Shown here: piece after piece, positions 40,828 to 46,353 of the stretch
How the letters are laid out: every line of letters starts with the position of its first letter
Position numbering within the stretch: the first letter of the stretch is position 1
DNA from: a virus
DNA length: 46,353 bases
Direction: 5' to 3' (one strand)
Virus record (IMG/VR): IMGVR_UViG_3300045988_042187
Position numbers and translations under genes: made by a program
The notes under the pieces: model-generated
Seen by the model: the letters and a program-made list of their open reading frames with translations, nothing else
Told to the model about the DNA's origin: nothing
Databases searched by the model: none

Positions 40828-40868
40828 CCCCAACAACACAATCATTTCAAGAAAGGAAGTATTGAATT

Positions 40869-42044
40869 ATGCCTAACGCTAAGTTTGACGCAAAATCTTT
40901 CAACCCTGAGGCTTTCAAGTACATCATGGACCGCATCCCCCGCACCCGCCTCAACGAAATCCGCAAGTCCAAGGTCCTGGTGGGCAACCCGGACATCCGT
41001 GCGGTGCTGGGCACCCAGAACGGCACCGGCTACGCCCGTGTGGCCGTGCGTGGCCTGCTGGACGGTGAGGCCGTGAACTATGATGGCCAGACTGACATCA
41101 CCGCCACCTCCACCAAGACCTTTGAGCAGGGTGTGGTGGTCATTGGCCGTGCCAAGGCGTGGGTGGAAAAGGACTTTTCCTTTGACATCACCGGCGGCGT
41201 GGACTTTATGAACAATGTGGCCCAGCAGGTGGCGGACTACTGGCAGGACATTGACCAGGACACCATCCTGGCGGTCCTCAAGGGCGTTTTCTCCATGACC
41301 GGCGGCAAGAGCGGTGAGTTTGTCACCAAGCACACCTACTCTGTCAACGGCAACCTGGAGGCCTCCACCCTCAACAGCGCCACTGCCCAGGCCTGCGGTG
41401 ACCACAAGAAAAAGTTTGCCATGATTTTCATGCACTCTGTTCCGGCCACCAACCTGGAAAACCTCAACCTGCTCACCGCTCTCAAGTACACCGACAAGGA
41501 CGGTGTGACCCGTGATCTGACCCTCTACACCTGGAACGGCAAGCTGGTCATTGTGGATGACGGGATGCCTGTTGAGGCTGTTGCCGCCACCTATAAGCTG
41601 ACCTCTGACACCGCCCTGGTGACCGGCAAGACCTACTACACCAAGAGCGGCACCAAGTACAACGCTGTGGCCTCCCCCAGCGTGGACAACATTGCCACCT
41701 ATTATGAGGTGGATGTCCCTGCCGGTGAGGAATACACCAGCTATGTCCTGGGTGAGGGCTCCATCAACTTTGAGGACCTGGGTGCTAAGGTGCCCTATGA
41801 GATGTCCCGTGACCCCGCCAAGAACGGCGGCCAGGACACCCTCTACACCCGCCAGCGCAAGGTGTTTGCCCCCAAGGGCATCTCCTACGAAAAGACCAGC
41901 CAGACCACCCTCTCCCCCACGGATGCGGAGCTGTCCGATGGTGCAAACTGGGCTCTGGTCCACTCTGGTGAGGCCACTGAGAGCCAGCGCTCCTACATCA
42001 ACCACAAGGTTATCCCCATCGCCCGCATCAAGTCCAGAGGCTAA
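40869..42044 (+). CDS. Major capsid protein
   Basis: 391 aa, after the scaffold gene, with a strong RBS. Confidence 0.85.
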   Translation: MPNAKFDAKSFNPEAFKYIMDRIPRTRLNEIRKSKVLVGNPDIRAVLGTQNGTGYARVAVRGLLDGEAVNYDGQTDITATSTKTFEQGVVVIGRAKAWVEKDFSFDITGGVDFMNNVAQQVADYWQDIDQDTILAVLKGVFSMTGGKSGEFVTKHTYSVNGNLEASTLNSATAQACGDHKKKFAMIFMHSVPATNLENLNLLTALKYTDKDGVTRDLTLYTWNGKLVIVDDGMPVEAVAATYKLTSDTALVTGKTYYTKSGTKYNAVASPSVDNIATYYEVDVPAGEEYTSYVLGEGSINFEDLGAKVPYEMSRDPAKNGGQDTLYTRQRKVFAPKGISYEKTSQTTLSPTDAELSDGANWALVHSGEATESQRSYINHKVIPIARIKSRG

Positions 42045-42047
42045 ACC

Positions 42048-42449
42048 ATGACCGTGTATGAGGCCGTGGTGTCCCGGCTGGCCATGCTGGGCTACACCGT
42101 CACGGACAATGACGAAACCGGCCTCAATTTCCTCATAGACAAGTGTGAAAAGGACATCCTGGCAGACATCAATCAAAGGGTGCTGCCGGATGGCCTTTTC
42201 TATGTCCATGTGGATATGGTGGCCGGGCAATTCCTCTATGATAAGAAAGCCGCCGGTGGTCTGGACGGGCTGGAGGGCTTTGACTTCTCCGCCCCGGCCA
42301 AGAGCATCACGGAGGGTGATGTGGCCATCACCTTTGCTGGAGCCAGTGATGGAGCCAGCAGCGCTGAGGCCCGCTTTGATGCCCTGCTTGCAGGGCTCAT
42401 GCGCCCGCCTGAGAGTACGCTGGCGGCTTTTCGGAGGATGAGATGGTAG
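42048..42449 (+). CDS. Head-tail connector protein
   Basis: Synteny. Confidence 0.6.
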   Translation: MTVYEAVVSRLAMLGYTVTDNDETGLNFLIDKCEKDILADINQRVLPDGLFYVHVDMVAGQFLYDKKAAGGLDGLEGFDFSAPAKSITEGDVAITFAGASDGASSAEARFDALLAGLMRPPESTLAAFRRMRW

Positions 42450-42814
42450 TGGGGAGCCCCGCCCACAAAAAGGCCGTGCAGAGCCTCTGGGTGGGCAAAG
42501 CGACCATCACCGTGCTGGACGGGGTGCTCAACCCCGCCAATGGCCGCACGGAGCCCCAGGAGCGCATCCTGGCGGCAGACATCCGCTGCCGCATTTCCCA
42601 CAAGTCTGTGGTGAGTACAGAGCCCAACGAGGAGGCCGCCCAGGTGGCCCAAAGCGTGGTGCTCTACATTGACCCCTCCGTGGACATCCCGGAGGGGTCT
42701 AAAATCACAGTGACCCAGAACGGCATGACCCGTGACTATGAACGGAGCGGCAAGAGCGCAGTGTATAGCTGCCACCAAGAGGTGCCGCTGGAGCTTTTCA
42801 AGGAGTGGGCCTGA
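42443..42814 (+). CDS. Head closure / head-tail adaptor protein
   Basis: Synteny and a GGAGG RBS. Confidence 0.6.
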   Translation: MVVGSPAHKKAVQSLWVGKATITVLDGVLNPANGRTEPQERILAADIRCRISHKSVVSTEPNEEAAQVAQSVVLYIDPSVDIPEGSKITVTQNGMTRDYERSGKSAVYSCHQEVPLELFKEWA

Positions 42815-43308
42815 TGAACTGGGGAAACTGCGATTATAAGCAGCTCCAGCGCCTCCGTGACAGTCTGGCCACGCTCCAGAGCATGGACATGGACCGTTTC
42901 TGCACGGAGGTGTCAAAGGAGTTGGCCGCCCGCCTGCTGGCGCTGGTCATCCCCCGCACGCCTGTGGGGCAGTACCCAAAATCCAGTGGCAAAAAGGGCG
43001 GCACCCTGCGCCGGGGCTGGACATCCAAAACCCAAGCGGATGCCGCCAGCAGAGGCGGCAGCAATGATGCGAAAGCCTACGCTGAGGCACTGCCAGTCAG
43101 AAAGTCCGGCAACGCCTACACCATTGAGGTCATCAACCCTGTGGAATATGCCAGCTATGTTGAGTTTGGCCACCGAACACGGGGCGGTGACGGCTGGGTG
43201 CCGGGCCAGTATTTCCTCACCCTGTCCGAACAGGACCTTGAGAGGCTTGCGCCGGGCGTGATTGAGAGAAAACTGGAGGCCCTGCTGCGGGAGGTATTCA
43301 ATGGCTGA
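42814..43308 (+). CDS. HK97 gp10-like tail-completion protein
   Basis: Motifs IPRTPVG...GTLRRGW...YASYVEFG. The ATG at 42814 (TGATG overlap) is preferred. Confidence 0.7.
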   Translation: MNWGNCDYKQLQRLRDSLATLQSMDMDRFCTEVSKELAARLLALVIPRTPVGQYPKSSGKKGGTLRRGWTSKTQADAASRGGSNDAKAYAEALPVRKSGNAYTIEVINPVEYASYVEFGHRTRGGDGWVPGQYFLTLSEQDLERLAPGVIERKLEALLREVFNG

Positions 43309-43723
43309 AATCAATTTCAACAGCATCTATGACGGCGTGAGCCTTGCGCTCCATGCCGCTTTTCCTGCCGCCCAGGTGCATGGCGGGAATGTCAAGCAAG
43401 GGCTCAAGCCCGGAGATTTTAATGTCATCATGCCTGGTGCCGGTCACGCCAAAGAGGTGGGCCAGAGGTACAAGCGGACACCCACGGTGGATGTGATTTA
43501 CTACCCCAAGGCCGGGGATGCGGAGTGCTATGGCATGGCACACCGGCTGTCCTTTGTCCTGGGGAGCATCACAACCCCGGAGGGGGACATCATCCACGCC
43601 ACCGGCTGTGAGTGGACACTGGCGGAGGATGTCCTGCATGTACTTTTGAGCTATGACCACTTCGTCCGTGTCCCGCTGGAGCAGGAGAACATGGAAACTC
43701 TCAAAATCAATGAGGAGGGATAA
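43301..43723 (+). CDS. Tail terminator / completion protein
   Basis: Synteny. The ATG at 43301 overlaps the upstream stop. Confidence 0.55.
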   Translation: MAEINFNSIYDGVSLALHAAFPAAQVHGGNVKQGLKPGDFNVIMPGAGHAKEVGQRYKRTPTVDVIYYPKAGDAECYGMAHRLSFVLGSITTPEGDIIHATGCEWTLAEDVLHVLLSYDHFVRVPLEQENMETLKINEEG

Positions 43724-43727
43724 GCCA

Positions 43728-43910
43728 ATGGCAAAAACCCAGACCACGGAGGCCAATGCCGCCGCCTTTACCAAGGCGCAGTTGGTGGCCTCTCAGAGAT
43801 ATGTCCACCGGCGGGACCTGATCGGCGCACTGCTGGAGGATGGCAAGACCTACACCTTGAATGAGGTGGATGCGCTGATTGAAAAGTTTATGAAAGGCAA
43901 GGTGAGATAA
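43728..43910 (+). CDS. Small hypothetical protein
   Basis: It is an internal ATG of track ORF 43653..43910 and lies directly before the sheath gene. Confidence 0.5.
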   Translation: MAKTQTTEANAAAFTKAQLVASQRYVHRRDLIGALLEDGKTYTLNEVDALIEKFMKGKVR

Positions 43911-45230
43911 ATGGCTCTTGGCGGAGGTAACTGGCTGACCCAGAACAAGGTCCTGCCCGGCAGCTACATCAATTTCTCCAGCGTGGCAAAGGCATCCGCC
44001 ACTCTGTCTGACAGAGGCTATGCGGCAGCGCCCTTTGTTCTGAGCTGGGGCCCGGAGGGTGAGGTTTTCCCCGTCACCTCTGGTGAGTTTCAGAAAAACA
44101 GCAAGGCCATCTTCGGCTATGGGTATGACCACCCCAAGCTGCTGGCCCTGCGTGAGATTTTCCGGCACGCCACCACCGTCTACTGCTGGCGGCTGGGCAA
44201 CGGCGAAAAGGCAAGCTGCACCTATGCGGATGCCAAGTACCCCGGTGTGCGTGGCAATGACCTCTCTATTGTCATCGCCTCCAATGTCGATGACACCAGC
44301 GCATGGGATGTGAGCACCTACCTGGACGGCCAGTGTGTTGACACCCAGACGGTCAAGGCGGCCACTGATCTGGTGGCCAATGACTATGTGGTTTTCAAGA
44401 CCAGCGCCACGCTGGAGGCCACTGCGGGCACCAAGCTGACCGGCGGCGCTGACGATGCGGCAGTCACCGGCGAGGACCACCAGGCTTTCCTGGATAAGCT
44501 GGAGGCCTATGCTTTCAACACCCTGTGCTGCCCGGCCACGGAGAGCACCGTGGTCAATCTGTATGTCAAGTACACCCAGCGCATGAGGGATGAGGTGGGT
44601 GCCAAATTCCAGCTTGTGGCCTGGAAACCCAGCGCTGACTATGAGGGCGTGATTGGCGTGTGGAACACCGCCACCCACGCCACCATCGCCAATGTGGACA
44701 CCCAGGCGGTGGTCTACTGGACTACCGGCGCACATGCTGGCGTGGCCGTCAACAAGTCCCTCACCAATGCCAAGTATGACGGTGAGCTCATTCTGGACAC
44801 CGAATACACCCAGGCAGCGCTTGAGGCGGCTCTCAAGGCGGGCAAGTTTATGTTCCACAATGTCAACGGGGTCACCCGTGTGCTGGAGGACATCAACACC
44901 CTGCTGACCCTCTCCGGCACCAAGGGAGAGGTTTTCCAGTCCAACCAGACCATCCGTGTGTGTGACCAGATCGCCAATGACACGGCGGTGCTGTTCAACA
45001 CCCGCTATGTGGGCACCGTGCCCAATGATGCCTCTGGCCGTGCCTCCCTGTGGGGCGATGTGGTCAAGCTCATCCAGGAGCTTGAGAAAATCCGTGCTGT
45101 TGAGAACTTTGACCCCGACACGGTGACCTGTGAGCAGGGTGACAAGAAAAAGGCAGTGCTGCTGACCATCAACGGCCTCAACATCATCAACGCCATGGCC
45201 CAGCTCTACATGAGCGTTATCATTCAGTAA
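43911..45230 (+). CDS. Contractile tail sheath protein (XkdK-like)
   Basis: 439 aa, with an N-terminus GGGNWLTQNKVLPGSYINF typical of sheath proteins, followed by the tube gene. Confidence 0.88.
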   Translation: MALGGGNWLTQNKVLPGSYINFSSVAKASATLSDRGYAAAPFVLSWGPEGEVFPVTSGEFQKNSKAIFGYGYDHPKLLALREIFRHATTVYCWRLGNGEKASCTYADAKYPGVRGNDLSIVIASNVDDTSAWDVSTYLDGQCVDTQTVKAATDLVANDYVVFKTSATLEATAGTKLTGGADDAAVTGEDHQAFLDKLEAYAFNTLCCPATESTVVNLYVKYTQRMRDEVGAKFQLVAWKPSADYEGVIGVWNTATHATIANVDTQAVVYWTTGAHAGVAVNKSLTNAKYDGELILDTEYTQAALEAALKAGKFMFHNVNGVTRVLEDINTLLTLSGTKGEVFQSNQTIRVCDQIANDTAVLFNTRYVGTVPNDASGRASLWGDVVKLIQELEKIRAVENFDPDTVTCEQGDKKKAVLLTINGLNIINAMAQLYMSVIIQ

Positions 45231-45246
45231 AGGAGGATTGTGACAC

Positions 45247-45723
45247 ATGGCTGACAAAATCTCTATGAACACCCAGGATGCCGTGAGCGCCAACTTTGCT
45301 GAGTGCTTTGTGACGCTGAACGGCACCCGCTACTCCATGCTGATGGCCAAGGAGTTTGAGGGCAAGGCCTCCATCAACACCAAGGAAGTCTACCGTCTGG
45401 GCAATCCCGTGATCGGCCACAAGGCCCAAACCATTGCCCTGGCTTTCTCCATGACGGTCTACAAGTGCACGGAAATCTTTGACCAGGTGGTTGAGGACTT
45501 CATCAAGACAGGTGTGATGCCTACCTTTGACATCCAGACCTCCAACGATGACCCCGCCACCTCCGTTGGCCGGAGCACCAAGATTTACAACAACTGCGTG
45601 CTGGACGGTGATGTGCTGCTGTCCATGTTCAACGCAGAGGGTGACTTTGTGGAGCAGACCCTTGAGGGCTACTGCGACAGCTTCACCCGCCCCGAAAAGC
45701 ACACCAACCCGTCCTATATGTAA
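45247..45723 (+). CDS. Tail tube protein (XkdM-like)
   Basis: 158 aa, after the sheath gene, with a strong RBS. Confidence 0.8.
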   Translation: MADKISMNTQDAVSANFAECFVTLNGTRYSMLMAKEFEGKASINTKEVYRLGNPVIGHKAQTIALAFSMTVYKCTEIFDQVVEDFIKTGVMPTFDIQTSNDDPATSVGRSTKIYNNCVLDGDVLLSMFNAEGDFVEQTLEGYCDSFTRPEKHTNPSYM

Positions 45724-45752
45724 GGGCGGCCAACTAAAGGAGGAAATCATCC

Positions 45753-46178
45753 ATGAGTAACCTGTCCGCATTTATGCACGCCAATGTTGAGCAGATCGAA
45801 AACTACAAGTTTGCCGCCTCCCCCCGTTTCAAGGGGGAGGATGGCAAGCCCATGTTGTGGGAAATCTGCTGCATCTCCGCTGATGAATACGCCCGCATCC
45901 GCAACTCCTGCGTCCGGCAGGTGCCGGTGCCCGGCAAAAAGGGCCAGTACACCCAGCAGCTTGATAGCTACGCTTTCCAGGCCAAGGTGTGCGCCCGCTG
46001 CACGGTGTTCCCGGACCTGAGCAACGCAGAGCTCCAGAATGACTGGGGTGTTGCCAAGCCGGAGGAGCTGCTGGGCAAGCTGCTCATCGGCGGTGAGTTT
46101 GATGACTATGTGACGGAAGTTTTCCAGCTCAACGGTTTCAAGACTGAGAATGAGCTGGTTGATGAGGCAAAAAACTAA
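45753..46178 (+). CDS. Tail assembly chaperone, short form (XkdN-like)
   Basis: Lies between the tube and tape measure genes and ends one codon after a slippery heptamer. Confidence 0.8.
   Translation: MSNLSAFMHANVEQIENYKFAASPRFKGEDGKPMLWEICCISADEYARIRNSCVRQVPVPGKKGQYTQQLDSYAFQAKVCARCTVFPDLSNAELQNDWGVAKPEELLGKLLIGGEFDDYVTEVFQLNGFKTENELVDEAKN
46169..46175 (+). promoter_or_regulatory. -1 programmed ribosomal frameshift site A_AAA_AAC
   Basis: In the zero frame GCA AAA AAC TAA, the heptamer 46169..46175 fits X_XXY_YYZ. The -1 frame is open from 46166, runs through the window end and on to 115. Confidence 0.7.
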
Positions 46179-46254
46179 TAGAGGACGGTGACCCAGAGGC
46201 CAGCTATGCACACTTCTGTCTGCAAAAGTTTGGTTGGGAGCCGTCCAAGTTTTT

Positions 46255-46353
46255 GAGCCTGCCCGTCAAGGAGCGTGCTTTTGTCATCGCCTCTATTGAT
46301 GCCCGCTGTGCGGCGGAGCGGAAAAAAGAGGCGGAACTCAAGAACAAAGCAAA
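46255..46353. repeat. Terminal direct repeat, copy 2 (identical to 1..99)
   Basis: Exact identity read by eye. Confidence 0.95.

Overview
The window is one complete phage genome. Bases 1-99 are identical to 46255-46353, so the unit length is 46,254 bp, and the repeat cuts through a gene, which points to a circular or circularly permuted assembly. The DNA is visibly GC-rich and almost every gene is on the + strand. Gene order: PBSX/Xkd-like contractile tail (tape measure, LysM protein, baseplate, fibres) at 0.2-9.5 kb. A diversity-generating retroelement (DGR) at 9.5-12.7 kb. A lysis cassette at 13.2-15.2 kb. An accessory/immunity region at 15.3-19.9 kb, holding the only minus-strand operon, two XRE regulators, an IS30-family DDE transposase and a second DGR target. 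A replication module at 20.5-25 kb and 29-33.7 kb (DUF2800-like nuclease, DUF2815-like SSB, family-A polymerase, VirE-type primase/helicase, iteron origin, VRR-NUC, SNF2). A DNA-modification and nucleotide-metabolism island at 25-29.3 kb carrying three long poly-C tracts. A late activator, then packaging, head and tail genes at 34.0-46.2 kb. The main result is the DGR. A 101-nt adenine-rich template repeat (10110-10210) sits next to a YMDD reverse transcriptase and an Avd-like gene. It matches two variable repeats with almost exclusively adenine-specific differences: one in the adjacent fibre-like gene, and one about 8.9 kb away in a small non-structural ORF beside the transposase and a lytic transglycosylase. 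Other points worth follow-up: no tyrosine or serine integrase is present, only the DDE transposase plus a stand-alone IS30-type HTH and a nearby palindrome. An N6-adenine methyltransferase is split at a C8 tract, and two look-alike poly-C leaders precede neighbouring modification genes. There is also an A_AAA_AAC -1 frameshift site in the tail chaperone, a MuF head protein with a long C-terminal extension followed by a small Cys-rich ORF, and several promoter-equipped morons. All family assignments come from motif recognition by eye; no searches were run.
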